A stretch of 63,901 bases of DNA, filler included, from Sphacelaria rigidula (taxonomy: Eukaryota): the NCBI GenBank assembly GCA_964200075.2. It is 9 parts of 9 records of this genome, joined end to end, with 100 filler letters (N's around TTAATTAATTAA, not from the genome) between each part and the next. Parts side by side here need not be neighbours in the genome. Positions count along the whole stretch, not along the records: positions 21,336 to 28,346 come from CAXNAA020016960.1; positions 28,447 to 35,457 come from CAXNAA020016961.1; positions 35,558 to 42,568 come from CAXNAA020016962.1; 6 more parts are not named here. One strand, written 5' to 3'. Positions 25,370 to 39,000 of this stretch are shown in pieces; within the stretch, counting starts at the first letter, position 1, and each line of letters opens with the position of its first letter. Below the pieces are notes generated by a model. That model saw nothing but the letters and a program-made list of their open reading frames with translations, was not told where the DNA came from and did no database searches. Made by a program: the position numbers and the translations under genes.

Positions 25370-26140
25370 CGGGAAGACTTGATGCCGTTTAAAGGAGTTA
25401 GACCTCAAAACTTCGCACAAGTGTTCTGTGGTTCAACACGCAACTTTCCAACGTCAAGGTTGATTTATTTTGTGATTTTTTTCACCGTTTTTCGGGGGTC
25501 CCAGTTCTTTCGGCGAAATTTCGATCCAGTCGGACCCCATAGAACTGTAAAGACGGAAAAAATCGAAGAAAACCTCGTTCATCCAAAGTTGCGTAATTAC
25601 CCATAGAACATCTGTGCAAAATGTCAGGGTCTAACTCCTTGAAACGGCGTGAAGTTTTTCGCGTTTGTGCGATAAACGTTACCGTGCCACGGTGAAGCCG
25701 CTTACTACTGGATTTTAGTATGAAAATAGCATTTTTTGGGCCTACCTTGACGTGGAGATGAAAATTCAAGCATCAGTTTATCGAGTTTGGCCACGAAACT
25801 TTGTGGGACTCCTCTTTGGGTCGTGCGGCGACAGAGACTTCGCGGAAAAACTGAACAAAATATCGTGTTGCCGGTTTTCCGGGGTCCCACTACTTGGATC
25901 CCGTCGGACCCCCGAAAAACGGTAAAGAAATTCAAGAAGTAGAAAAAATACGTTGATCCTAACTTGCGTCATGACTCATAGCACATTTGTGCAAAGTTTC
26001 GGGGTCTAACTCCTAGTAACTGCGTGAAGGTTTGCGCGTTTGTGCGAGGATGTCATCTTAAAACGTGCAAACTCCTAACTACTTGGTTCTAGTATAAAAA
26101 CGTCTTTTTCGGGTGAGTTTTACGTCAAGGCAAGAAAAAC
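25370..26140. repeat. Internally repetitive DNA-transposon-like region with direct and inverted blocks
   Basis: GGGTCTAACTCCT..GCGTGAAG..GCGTTTGTGCGA occurs at about 25625 and 26000, with an inverted copy at about 25385; TTTTCGGGGGTCC and GGACCCCCGAAAA are inverted. Confidence 0.7.
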
Positions 26141-26349
26141 TGAATGAGATGTTTGACTTTCTCCCCTAAACGTTGTGCATGTGTTGTTTGGACTATCCCG
26201 GGACGCATGATGTTGTTTTTTTTCTTTTGAGATATTCTGTACCGCCTTCAGGGGGTCTTTGTACTGGGACCCCTGGAATCCGGTAGGGAACAGAGAAACT
26301 TCGAAATCTCGCCAAGAGCACAATTTTTCCATTTGGAGCATCAATATCT

Positions 26350-26840
26350 ATGGAACTGCCAAGCTTGAGGATGATCTGAGCTTTTCTACAACAGATGTAA
26401 GGTAAATCGTCACGAGGCTTGCTGAGTCTTTCGTACGTATCATGAGTGGAAATTAGACGACGCCAAAACTCCAAATCACCGAAACATTACGGTTTTGGAT
26501 ATAATTCGACACTGTTAGGGCCGTTTTCATATCTGTTTCTCCCGTTAGATTCCTGAGGTGATGACGGTCACAACGATTTGAAGCATGGGGAGATTCGGTG
26601 GAAATTGGGCTTGGAATTCGTGTGTTTAATTCCAGAACAATTTGAAAGGCGCTGATTGTTCGAGACGCATTTTTGTTCATAGCGCCACTACTATAGCCTT
26701 GAACGAAAATCCGACTATATCACCCGCTTCGTCTGTTCAATGCGATCAGTATGATACCATGTTTGCGATTATGGGGTGCGTATTGCAGAAGGCATTTTCT
26801 GGTGACAGAATTTTGGGTCTATGGCGTGAACCAGCCTGTA
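26350..26840 (-). pseudogene. Possible ISL2EU/Harbinger-like transposase relic
   Basis: RHRPKILSPENAF (like GRPRKLS.ENQFF), later TVSNYIQNRNVS and IILKLGSSI (like YS.YK..NT.K and L..G.SIMADKG); heavily broken. Confidence 0.3.
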
Positions 26841-29276
26841 GCCTATTCCTGTGCTGCGTTGACTCTCCGCTGTCTTATGCAGTTAACCACAGCATGAACG
26901 CAGATGTTTGCACTGTGGCCAACGTGAACGTGGGATACCACCCCTCGATACACGCTACATCGCTATGCCACATTTAGTACAGCTGTCCGTGTTGCAGCTA
27001 AGCGTGCGCTTGCCCTAGGTGGCGCAAGCAGGAGTGAAAGGCCGCCTCCGCCGCCATAATAGCTGCCTGCATATTGGGCGAAACTGTATGGCCATGCAGC
27101 CGCTATGGCGCGCAAGCCGCCTATAACATTTCACACCGTGGAAATATACACACACACAGCTAAGTGCAGCGTGCAGTTACTGACTACAAGTACGACTATC
27201 ACGCAGAATCACAGTAGGCAATGTATTCCATACTGTGTGTAGTACAGTTTTCAACATTGTGTACATACTGACTGTACAAATCTTTGCCCAAGGTGTGGTA
27301 CATTTCGACATACAATATTACTCGGTGATATCGTGAAAAATCCGCAACCTATGACTGCTGCCGAGATCGCCACCCCCCGAACCGGCCAAAAAAGTGCACG
27401 GAGGCGATGATCATAAGTGCCGTCAGAGCTGGTGTCGTGCTGCACGACGCGACTCATTTGGGCGTTATAGCTGATTTTGGGCTGCTACACGCCTCTCATG
27501 TGGGCGGAATTGCTGCGAACGAGCCCAAGAGTGGAATCGCAGCCAGTTTGGCGGATGGTCTCCGGTGCACTTTATGTGTGGGGGGGGTATCTCGGCATTA
27601 GTCACATTGGCGAAGTGTAAGTGGGGCAATCGCCAAAACATCCACGTGCAAACTCCGCCTCAGTTCTCCGTAAGTTGATATCGCTAGAAGAACATTACTT
27701 TAACCAACTTGCCGGCTGCCAGACTGTCAGCACATTGGGTACCCTAGCATTGCTACTGTCTGTACAGGGGTGTTGCCCCCTTGTCGGGTACGCCGGCAAG
27801 GGCCCGTGGCAGAGACGCAGTGATCGTGCGAGAGAAACCTATCCTTGCAATGTCGAGCGACTTGGACCGGGAACGTCCCCGGTCCCATTTGACGGAGCCT
27901 AAATGTTGCTTCTTTGCTGGGTTTCTGCGAGCGCTCATACCTAACTGAGCGAAGATTGACGATGCGGTGTTATTCCTTTTCAATAATATGGAGGCGGTGT
28001 TTTTGGAGAATTGGTGCCCCAACACAGCACACCTGGCGTCTGATGAAGCTGGAAGTTGATGTGTGTGTGGATTGAGGCCAAAGCTATGTATCGGCGCGGC
28101 AGTTGCGGCGACCCAATACTTTTAAGCGCAGGGTGACTTGAAACAATTATTTTGCACGATGCTGAACCTGTTCCGAAAAGTAGAGCACTTTCTAATGACA
28201 GTTCTAGAGGGTAATGACATCAAACCCGTGCGGAGCGAGGGGCATATCTTGCCAGCCTTGTTGTCTACATCGCCCCCCCCCCTGGTGCTCCGTCTCGAAA
28301 GGGATGCGTGGTCAATGGTCAAATGACTAAGGCAAGCAACAAATGANNNNNNNNNNNNNNNNNNNNNNNNNNNNNNNNNNNNNNNNNNNNTTAATTAATT
28401 AANNNNNNNNNNNNNNNNNNNNNNNNNNNNNNNNNNNNNNNNNNNNCTAGTATAGCCATCGATTTCTCCCTACTGTCTAATGCATCAAACGATTTCATCC
28501 CACCTTTGTTCACGTCCCGCATTTCCCTCGCTAGTACGTTCCGTTCCTCCTTGCATAGTTCACATTCTGCCGCTATATGACTTCTGCTCTCTATTCCCTC
28601 GCCACAGAGGAAGTTCTGTTCATCTACTTACTCGTCCTTTCGACGACTGGTATATCTCCTTTTTTTCTGGCAGGTTTAGGTCCCTCACCCGAAATAAATC
28701 GCAGTGTGAGTGGTTTGTGGTGTGGGTCGCATGACCAGATGGGTATAGTGTCCAATATAGTAGAAAAACCCGTAAGGAGTCGACAATCAACAATAAAAGG
28801 AAACCTATTGGGACTGGGCCCAGATCTGACAGGTTTCTGCTATTTTCCTGTTATTTTTGAGATATGAAACATCGATGATCTCCTGTCTCATAATGAACGC
28901 GATAATTTTTGGGCGTTGGAGATTCCTGAAAACTCCAGAAACATTGGTACAAAACATCATCATTAGACCATTCTCGAAACTTCGGAACCAAGCGAGTTGG
29001 ACAAGTGGGCTAGACTACATTGTACTCTCGGTGAGTTGATGTGAGGTGTCCAAGACGCGTGGTGGCGACATTCCTTGTTTGGGGGACGAATATCGTGTCA
29101 AAATGTCCCAAAAGTGGCTAATGCGCTCCAAAACAATGGCCATAAGAAACTGTCTAAGATACTGTAGCTTGTCCAAACACCTTCGGAACTTTTCCTGAAA
29201 TGGCGGGAAGTCGCTCCTGACTTACAGTGGGAAAGGCTCCTGGTCCCATTATCATGGTATAGGGACTCAAACATAT

Positions 29277-29498
29277 GGGAGAGGTGCGCACCGGAAGCTT
29301 GGAAGCCCAACCTACTGTGTTTATTGTTTGTTTCGCTATTATTTTCGATTCATTCCGGAGATGGGGGCGAATCTTATTTCCGGAGATTCTGTCGAATCGC
29401 ATGAACTTCAAGATACTGCCACACGAATTAAACAAGAAAAAAATAAGTAAGGGCGGCAGCATCATGACCTCCAAATTGCCGGTGCGTACCTCCTCTCC
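29277..29498. mobile_element. MITE-like element with ~25-bp imperfect TIRs
   Basis: GAGGTGCGCACCGGAAGCTTGGAAG against the reverse complement of CCTCCAAATTGCCGGTGCGTACCTC. Confidence 0.6.
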
Positions 29499-30449
29499 TT
29501 AACCCTTTAACCGCGAGAGTAGGTCACCTTGTCATGCAGTAAAACTTCAAGAGAAATCGACGCTCAAAAAGAGAATAAATACAACAGACAGTAGTATGCC
29601 CGTGCCCAAAGGGTTTGAGTTTCTAGGTCCTCACTTTCATGCCTCGTCTGAGGAATCGCAGGAGGCACTTTTTGGGGTCAAGTAGTGGGACCACCTCCCT
29701 ACATTGTATATGCATCGACGGCGGCAATATCACCCCGACAACCCCGCAGAGTCAGCAGCCTCAAATCTCAAAATATTTGGTGGTTCCCAAAACTGACTTC
29801 GGCAACAAGCCGTCGTTCGCCTTCCCGGCTCTGCCCACCGAAAACGGCTGATATTCAGTGTCCCGCCGCAGCGCCACATCACTCCCCCCCTCCCCTCCCT
29901 CTTCCCGCCGATGCAATTGCTCCGTCTCGGAAGGGATGCGTCGTCAATGCCCAAACGACCAATGCAAGCAACTACTGAGTACGACCCCGCCAAGCCGGTC
30001 CAGTACCGACGTTTTCTTCTGGCGCATATCCGCCTCTGGGCCACCCGCCACAACAAAATGAAATACCAACGTCAAGACCGCATGTGTTGGTGTATCCATG
30101 ACAAAGTCTCGATACTAGAGCAGCGGAGCACAACGCGCGGCCTTCATTATACGTACTACCGTACCTCAGGGATTCCACGGTAGCGTGTTGGTTGTGTAAG
30201 CCCCTCGACGAACGGCTTTTGGGTATACTGTTGTAGAGATGGTTATATTATATCATGCTCTACCGTCCTATTCATGCTGTACATGCACAACATATACGTT
30301 GTCCAGAACTGACTGTTGGAACGAAGGCTGAAATGGGGTGCAGTATTTGCAGCAGTACACACACAGTAGTACATACAGTCAGTGTTGGAGAGACCCATGT
30401 GCACACCAAGCTCTCACGGCCGAAAAGTGTTCTGAAAATACCAGCACAC

Positions 30450-32150
30450 TACGAACAAATTTGCGGAGAAATGAAGATCCGGTGCATTACTTTTACTTTC
30501 ACGATCACCAAGTCGAAGCTGCGTAGGCGAAATAATACAACAGTGCAGTGTCGGGGAGTGCGGTGAACGGAGACAGCCACGGGCCGCAGCAGACGAAAAT
30601 GGGACGGTAGAACTTGCCAAGTGAACACATGACTTTGCCGATTTCGTTCAGCAGGCGTGCTGTTTGTTGGGCCAGCGATCGGCCAGCTAAATTGCAGAGC
30701 ATCGTAGATATTGCCATGCCCCGTTCTGCATCCGCGAAGCGATATACGGTATATATCCAAATCTTACACGTAGAGAATGGAATTGAAGAGAAACATTCGG
30801 TCCAACTAACCACACGCTTCAATGCAGGCTGGCTTACATTGCAGCAGATCATCAAGACAGCCGTCACCGGTGTGAACGCTACATGTGCGGTAGTGCTGTA
30901 GTGTAGACAATATCGACAGCGTTTCGGACAAACAACATCTGAATAACGTGGTGTTGTTCGCGATTTGCACCATTTCAAACTTCAGAGAGCGCAGTTCTGT
31001 ACAACAACAACAGTAGTAGTGAGCTACACGGGCCAACATCTCTAAACGCAAACATGCTAAACCTTGGGGTAAGCAAAGGCCTGTGCTTACTCACATCCCA
31101 TTGTCGTCCCTCCACTGCCAGCCCGAATGAGGCACAGGGTTGCTGCCGCTGCTGATGTTACCACCGCCCCATGCAAATGCTGCCATGTCTCACCTCGAAG
31201 TTGCTTCACGCATGAAACTGATCTTCGACGCAGGAACGAAGGTTCTTCTGTACACAAGCACATTGCCATTTTCCATACCAATTTGGGCGAATTCGTGTCT
31301 CCAGGTCCAACATATGCACAGACTGCAGGTGTAGATGCAGTCAAAATGAATATTGATCCTCGATTTCTAGGCAGCTGAGAAAGAAATATGCCCATTTAAG
31401 CAGCGTTGTACTGTTGTAGATGAAGTTTCTGCGTTTGAGGGTTGGAGGGGTGCCGATATAATGACGATGGTGTATGTTGTGTGTGTCTGGCGTCATCCCA
31501 TCTGTTCGGACAATTATACTCAAGATTATACTCACAAGAACCGAGAGCTTTTTGAGAAGGTTTCAGCTTATCATTAAGTCATAAAGCAGCGAGAAGAGGA
31601 CCCTCCTCGCTCTCTCTATACGCCATGTATCCCTATTTGGCTAAGTTTACTACTGTTTAGTCGGTCATCAACAATGTTTCTTGTCTGCGGTGTGATGCGA
31701 CCTTCGTTGGCTTATGTGATCGAGTCCATCAACCGCGGGTCTGAACGGCAAATATGGGTGGGTTAGCGAGGGGTACGGGTACGTGTGCTTCTTGGCTGGC
31801 AGGCGACCGACAACGAAAAGAGCACGCTTTACACAATAGGTGTCACCCTGATAGCCTGTCGCAACTCCCGCGAAGCCATCGGCATCAGGTAGTCCTTGAA
31901 TCACTGTAAGGCTTGAGCCAGGGCTCGATAAGGGTCTCGCTCTCTCTCTGTCCAAGAGGCCCCGAAAACGCTAATCATTTCAGCAACAAACAGCTGGAGC
32001 ACAGATGGCCATGCTGCGAAGACTGCACGTTCTGGGCACGAAAGATCCCGCAAGCCAACTGCTTCGCACGCTATCCTCTCGCACGACACCGTGCCGTGAT
32101 GCCGAGTCATCAGCATCATCATCTCCAGAAAACATATATCACAGCCAAAT
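30450..32150 (-). pseudogene. Possible hAT (DUF659-type) transposase relic
   Basis: Fragments in order: YLPFRPAV, TDGMT..HYIGTP, AVCAYV, PKLVW/CAC..NL...ED, CLDDLLQCKPA; many stops and frameshifts. Confidence 0.3.
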
Positions 32151-33039
32151 AGGCGCTATAGGCCCACCGTCTCTTAGGAGAAGCAGCCCATCTAGGGGGA
32201 GTGATAGCCTACGTAGCAACGGAAACACCGGGTTGTGCGGGCTAGCTGACACAGGTCGCAGCGGGAGTGTGGGTGGAGGCTGGCAGGCACCTGAGATTGT
32301 GGGTGCAACGCGTTATTTAACCAGTGCGGAACCCAGGGCTGAGAGGTGAGGTTTCATGACTCGTGGGATTAGGGTATGTGTATCGTTTCTGCGTCATGGA
32401 TTCTGCGCCGCGGCAAATTGGATTTGCATTTTTGGTTTTGATCTAGATCGGCGGGTTTTTGTACCGCGAGGGGTGGCTCTCGGGGCAAGTTGTTGCATAT
32501 CAAAGATGATACTGGCAATCCCACAACTGTTGGTGTCCATGCTGCTCTCAGACGAAGTATGAATTACCTGGCTTACAGTACTGCTGAACAAAACAGACTG
32601 TCGTAGATCATAGTTTATATGACTTGGTTTGGTGAGTACGAAAGAGCTATAAGTACTCGTATATAAAGGGGTGGACATTTTTGTTCATATTTTATTATTA
32701 GCGCGACTGCATCTGTAATCGAAGTTGTGCGCCACACAAAAACTGAAACGGGAGAAAGACGACACGCTATTGGCGCGTCAAGAAACAACCATAACGGGGT
32801 TATGACGTCATATTTATCAGGCGGCAACATGAGACCGAAAAACACAACGTCCCCCACCACCATGAAACAGTCTTCCCCTGGGCTCTCACTATGAGCACAA
32901 TGCCGCGAAGGAGAGCTTATATAAGCGTGTACGAGTACAGCACACGTACACGTCCAGTACACCTAGTCGTTGCATGGTACTCCTGAGTGGATGTCATCCC
33001 TGTTCTACCATAAGCACGTTCAAGAGATTACGATTTTTT

Positions 33040-33380
33040 TTTTTTTCAGAACGGGAGGTTTGCCGTGATTTACAACACGACCCGCACGAGAAGACGGTCG
33101 AATCGTCCAAAACTGCGGTCACTCCCCTGAAAGCCCGTGATCTAACGGGAAATTTGATGCAGAAAGACTTGAAATCGGCCTGTCAGGGCAGAGTGATAAG
33201 GGAAAATGTGTTTGAAAAAAACAAGCTCTGCGCATTTTCGGTCGTACCTCATGGAAGGTTCAAATCTGATTGCGCCAAAATACCCGCCAGATCACGAGCG
33301 TTCAGGGGGATGACGGCCGTCTCGGGTGATTCTACCGTCTTGGCGTAAATCACATAAAACTTCCCGTTTCTCAGAAAAAA
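33040..33380. repeat. Foldback element with ~120-bp inverted arms
   Basis: AACGGGAGGTTT..GTGATTTAC..AAGACGGT.GAATC..CCCCTGAA..CGTGATCT is mirrored at 33259-33380. Confidence 0.8.
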
Positions 33381-35029
33381 CGTCCCTAACCTCACGAACA
33401 TGTTGTTCGTACTTGTGTTTTGCAGATTTGCAGGCTGGCATGGAAGAGATTCACCCCAGGACGTTTTTTTTGGCATCGTCACAGGCCAGCAGACGGGCGC
33501 TAGAAGCCGCAGTAGCGTGTAGATGGCTGACACTCCCGTAGCTTGCGTTCCCGTAGCTTGCGATTCCGTGGCAGGGAGGTTTCCCACCCACGATTATACT
33601 TGCATTACGCGCTGGACCAGCTCAAAAGCTGCTAAAACTTGCTCACGCCACCGCTTCCCCATTTTCCCGAATGAACCCGATATAAGCATACTGTATTACT
33701 GTGAAGTGTTGACCAACCTGGTGACACACGGCACCGCCGCTGAATGAAAATAAAAAATGGGGGGAAATGTACTGCATAAAGTATAACCTTCACGACGGAC
33801 GAAAAACAAAGAGAATCTGTCGGGATTCGAACTCACGAGCTCCATAATTTGAGTCTCCCATCACTTGATTCATAGGGGTGCATGGCCCAGTTCGACGAGT
33901 CTTGAGCTGAAATTTGAAGAAGACCTTCTGCCCCCAAGGAACTGATACTTCACGAGTCCAGCTGCAGATTCTCTTTTTTTTTTTCCGACTTATGGTATTA
34001 TCTTGTTTTTGCTGGAATTTCAAATGCCCAAAACTTTTTTTTATTTTTTTTTGCTGGACCCGTAATCTTCTGCACTTCGATCATGAAAAGCTGCTGTCAA
34101 AATTTCAGGGTACAACTCCTGGTATCGCGCCGTGCGTCGCCTGAGCGAGATTCACGCCTGCTCTTGGCTGGCCCAGCTCGTACTCAGTACTGGGTCGCAA
34201 AGGGGGATGAGCGATCCCACATTACTTATGCCCCGTTGTTGCTCCTCATGGCCTTCGTAGATGTGGTATATCAAAGATCGAGATAGTTTGAACTGCACAG
34301 CACAGACAGTAAAGTTCGCCCTTACCCGTGCTATTTGAACAGAAATGCCACGGTAGGGTGCACATTAATTTTTCAGGCTCTTTGCTCTTGGACCCTCTTG
34401 ATGACAAACATATGGCTGGGCTTTTTTGTGTAGCCTCAGAAAACTTCTGAACTGAGGAGTGCGCCCCTACCCTGGAGTTACAACATCGTAGCTTCGCAGT
34501 AACGCAAAAGTGTCATCCCATCAGTGCATATGCAGAGTTTTATTTTTTCAACATCCGCTACTGTACTGTATGGTACGTACGGTGAGAACTTAAGGCAGAG
34601 TCGAACGGCCGCACTATCCGTTGTACCCGGTCCTTTCTAATATCCTACCTCTGTGGCACCACCACCATTTCTCTCATTAGCGTGAATGGACTCCAAGGTG
34701 GTGACTACCGCGCCTGCACTATTTATGTTCGGTGTAAGTACGCTGTAAACGAGTTTGTGTGGATGATCCTCCTACACAGGCAGTGCTGTGATGTACTCAC
34801 ACCGTGATCAACAGATCACATTGTCAAAAAATGTACTGTGTACAGTGTAGACTGTCGCGTCTAGTGCAATCGACAATATATTCTACACTGTACGCAGTAC
34901 ACTTTTCGACAGTGTCATTCATTGTCCAGGGTGTGGATGTACTGTACCGAACAAGCAGACCGTGCGGACCGCCGCAATAATATAGTACAGGCTGGGCCAG
35001 CTGACAGTGATTTTTGAATGTGTTTTGGT

Positions 35030-35288
35030 AATGCGATGGGTAGTTCGAAGAGGCAGGCGCTGAAATTTTGACACAACATTATTATCATCACTAGGCACAA
35101 CATACCTGGGGGTGCATTCCAATAAAAAAAAAGGAAATTAAGGCGATTCGAAGCTCCTGCAAAAAATAGAAAAATGCTGTAAGTCCGTGAAAAAAGACGG
35201 ATGCACCCCCAGAAATGTTGTGCGTAGTGATTATCAAAATCCTGTGTCAAAATTTCAGCGCCTAACTCTTCGAATTACCCACCGCATC
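35030..35288. repeat. Inverted repeat with ~90-bp arms
   Basis: ATGCG.TGGGTA.TTCGAAGAG..AGGCGCTGAAATTTTGACACA is mirrored by TGTGTCAAAATTTCAGCGCCT..CTCTTCGAA.TACCCA.CGCAT. Confidence 0.8.
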
Positions 35289-35299
35289 CAATTTTTCAT

Positions 35300-35457
35300 G
35301 TGGCACCCGGTGGTAAAGCTGGTAGGATCGCCCCTTAATACAGAGGTCACGAGTTCGAATCCCGACACGACCATTTTGTTTTTGCGCACAATCTGGCATA
35401 GCGCCTTTGAGGTAGTACTTCTCCCTCTTACGGTAGTAAATGACCGTCGGCTGGGAG
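35300..35457 (+). mobile_element. tRNA-derived SINE 5' part, cut by the contig end
   Basis: A-box-like TGGTAAAGCTGG and B box GAGTTCGAATCC at tRNA spacing. Confidence 0.6.
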
Positions 35458-35593
35458 NNNNNNNNNNNNNNNNNNNNNNNNNNNNNNNNNNNNNNNNNNN
35501 NTTAATTAATTAANNNNNNNNNNNNNNNNNNNNNNNNNNNNNNNNNNNNNNNNNNNNGGGGGGAGCTCACAAGAACACAGACAGGGGTCTGAG

Positions 35594-35624
<31 letters not shown>

Positions 35625-36012
35625 ATGACTGCGTCATTCCCGACTTTTGGTCGGGTAACTAGTGTACTCCCTGCGGGTGTAGATAGTAAGCGTGTTATTC
35701 TTAGGATGGTTACACATGCATCGTTCCTGATGTCTGCTTTTTGTTGTTGTTGATATTGTTGTGTGGTTGTGGTGCGCACGCTGGGCGAGTGAGCCTCGTC
35801 AAAAATGGAATCATGATGGTCAACACTAAGCCCGAAGATGTTTCAACCAGGTTTTTGCGTCGCTGAACTAAAAAAACTCCTTGAATTATGGTGCGTATAA
35901 CGTTTTTTCAGTAGTTTGAAAACGGTTGTTAATCTCTGCACTTCCCGTCCGTCCGCCGCCCCCTCCCCCCCTCCCCGTCCTTCCTCCTGCATGCGCTTGC
36001 AATATCGAAAAG

Positions 36013-39000
36013 GTGTACCCCATAGGGATCCCCGTAGTGTTCGGCGTGATGCTGTGGAAGCAACGGCGGCTGATCAACCCTCCAAGGGATATCTCTACGT
36101 TGTCTGAGTTCAGCATCAGTGATGAAGCGCGAGAAAAACGCAAGCAAACCGACCCACGTTTTGAGGACAGACGCATTGCGCAAACCAAGTTTTTGTGGGG
36201 GGTAAGTCATTTCTTTGTTTTGAAAAAAAATAATCTGCACCTGTGGGTCGGTGTCACGTAGCGGGTACGCGGGTTGCGGTTACAGGTTTTGCTGTCCCGT
36301 TGATCATTTGTTGTTGCTTTTTTGCGGGTGCCACAAGTGCGAACCGTTACCTCAAGTTTGCTGTCTTGACCACGAGTACAGACGTGGCTACCGTATCGAG
36401 CACATGAGTAGCTGATCAAGATCTCGATTCGTATTCGAGGTTGATTCCGAGTGGTCCGCTGGAAAATAACAAAATAACTATAGCAGCAGTGATCATGGAG
36501 CAAGACAAAGGGCAGTGACACGCGAGTATTGATGTCGCTACTGGGGCCACGCCTTGCGTGGTATATACGTGGGGGGTGAATCCGGGTGATCCTATCAAAA
36601 GTACCAAATACCGATGAAAATGATCAACCAAATGATGTGAACAAGGCAGTGGCGCGAACATCCAAGTGACTGCTTGGGCTGCGATTTGTGTGTAAGGGGT
36701 AAGTCCAGGGGATACGTTGGAGGAACGCAATAGCAGCGGTAGTATTTTCAGAATAAGACATTGGTCACGGCTTTTCTTGTGCTTGTTTGGGTTGCCGTCG
36801 TTTGTCCGTCGAGTCTGTGTTATGAGGCGTGGGCGGGGGGGACTGGGGGGGCACGCCCTCTAGATAAGTTATGGCTACTAAAATCGCATTTTCCGCAGGG
36901 TTTTGGATCTGGTGTCTATCGACTGTGGGTCTGAACATCATGGCTGACATGAAAAAGAGGAAAGTGATGGCATGTGAGAGTTGTTGCAGTTTTGGGCCGT
37001 GTTTCGTATTATGTTTCACGCTACGATGTATATTACCCTTGTTGTCGGTAATCGCAAACATTTCTTTGGTGGTCATGGATCCCCTCTGTCACTCCTGTGC
37101 GTGTCGTATCCTCTCGAGATTCATGCGAGGGCCCCGTGAAGAAAATATTTTGTCCTTGGTTGTCACCACCCAGGCGAGTGCAATTATTCTACGCCGGAGC
37201 ACACCACTGTCATAATATGTGCAACAACGACTTTAGTTGTATCAATGGTGACTTACATCACGGTGGGGCTGTCTGATTGATAAATTGAATTGTACTACTC
37301 CTTATTACGCTACGAACAGTCAATATAATGTACATTTACATGGCGTTATGGCAGAATGCAAGTAGTTGAGCGTGGTTGACTCGACCCCCCCCCCCCCCCC
37401 CCCCCCCCCCCCGCCCCCCCGTCGGCTATGCGTGGACGCGGGACGCAGGTCAGTAAAANNNNNNNNNNGGGTGTGGGGAGAATGGAAGTGGTTGGGGGGG
37501 GTTTCCTCCCCCCCCCCCCCCCCCCCCCGCGCGCGCGCGCTTCCATTTGTCGGTTAGTGTTGATCGGCAACGGGCCTGCAAAACACGCCACTCACTGCAT
37601 CAGCTAGGCAATCAGGTTACTGTTTTTTTCTCGCTTGCGATTTTTTGTCGTAACCGTTACGGTGGTCCAGCTACATAATATTTTGCCGAGTGCAGAACCT
37701 CAACTCCGCGCAAGGGGGATGGTCATACTACACAGTGTACAAATGGTGAGGTATCCATGAGGCAGTGTGTAATCCGTGGTTGCCTCTGGAGATGAAGATA
37801 CCCGAAAATGAAGTAGCTCACCGCAGGCTGTCATCCATATGCCGAGATGCTCATGTAGTGCGTGTCGAACCGAAGAATCTCGGCAGGATGCAGCTCATCC
37901 TTCATGCGACGGCGCGATCGCTTGGTGATCGCTAGCCTGGTCCGGCGAAAATCCTGCGTGTAGGGATTCAAGACCAACAGTATTATGATTTCGGCATGCA
38001 AGATCATGAGTACCCGCCACCTCCGCCCTATGTTTTCCTTGCATTACTGTGGATGGACCACGGTGCTGATGTTGCTCACAGGCGTACCGGCCGGAAGCGT
38101 ACTACTACGAGGTGGTGGAATGCATGAGGAGGCTGCTGCTGACGGGGTGTCTAGTATTCATCTTGCCCAATAGCCCCGGTCAGGCGGCCGTGGCTTGCAT
38201 CCTCGCCGTGGTGTCGGTGGGCGTGTTTGCGGTCATCAGGCCTTACACAGACAGACGGGATAATCGCGCGTACACGCTGGGAGTACTGATAATCTTCCTG
38301 ACGCTGTTCATGGGGCTTGTCATCAAGGTAGGTGATTATCGCTTTCTTTTTTATTCAGGTCGGTTTTCGCAGTACTTTGTCCATCCCCGCCTCCCTCCCG
38401 TGCCATTGTTTATTTTAGCGGGTGAAGTACTGTCATACTCTAGGCCCGATACTTGCAAAAAAAATCGGGATACAATGTCGTACAGAGACCACACGGAGAA
38501 GGAGCTCATAACGTGAGCCTTATGAATTGTAGGAGGGCAAGATCCGTCTGGAGGTGTATCGGCGTTTTAGCACGCAGCTAGAGCTGTGAACTCCCTCCCC
38601 GTTATTATTTTTTCTCTTCTTGGTATTGGTACCAGTATTAGTTTTCGGTCTCAGTGTTCGTGTTCGCAATTATTATAATTGTCATCGTTACTTCCGGATT
38701 GGTGTAGGCGTGGGCGCGCCTTGCCAGTACCGTCACTGCTATCCCTTCCGTCAGGTAGACGTGGGTTCTTCTGAGAATCCAAAAACTAAACTAGCACACA
38801 CCCTTCATTCTTTTTCTCTGAGGAGTGATCTGATTTCGTCGTCGAAAACAATGTTGCACTTTTCCGTCCTTCCCCCGTCCTCCGTCTGTTGCGCCCTACC
38901 TGTTTTCCTGTCTGTATGACCGTTCACCGTCATGTTGAACAGGTGGACCTTTCGAACGAGGAGGACGAGAGTCAGGACGTAGTGGCGGCATTACTGGTGA

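Noticed and set aside
24917-25606. 229-aa ORF and most other short ORFs in the track
   Set aside because: They have no recognisable domains or splice support, many overlap repeats, and such ORFs are expected by chance at about 50% GC.
29499-29616. piggyBac-like mini element (TTAA CCCTTT ... AAAGGG)
   Set aside because: The TIR is only about 5-6 bp and the right flank is not TTAA; the evidence is insufficient.
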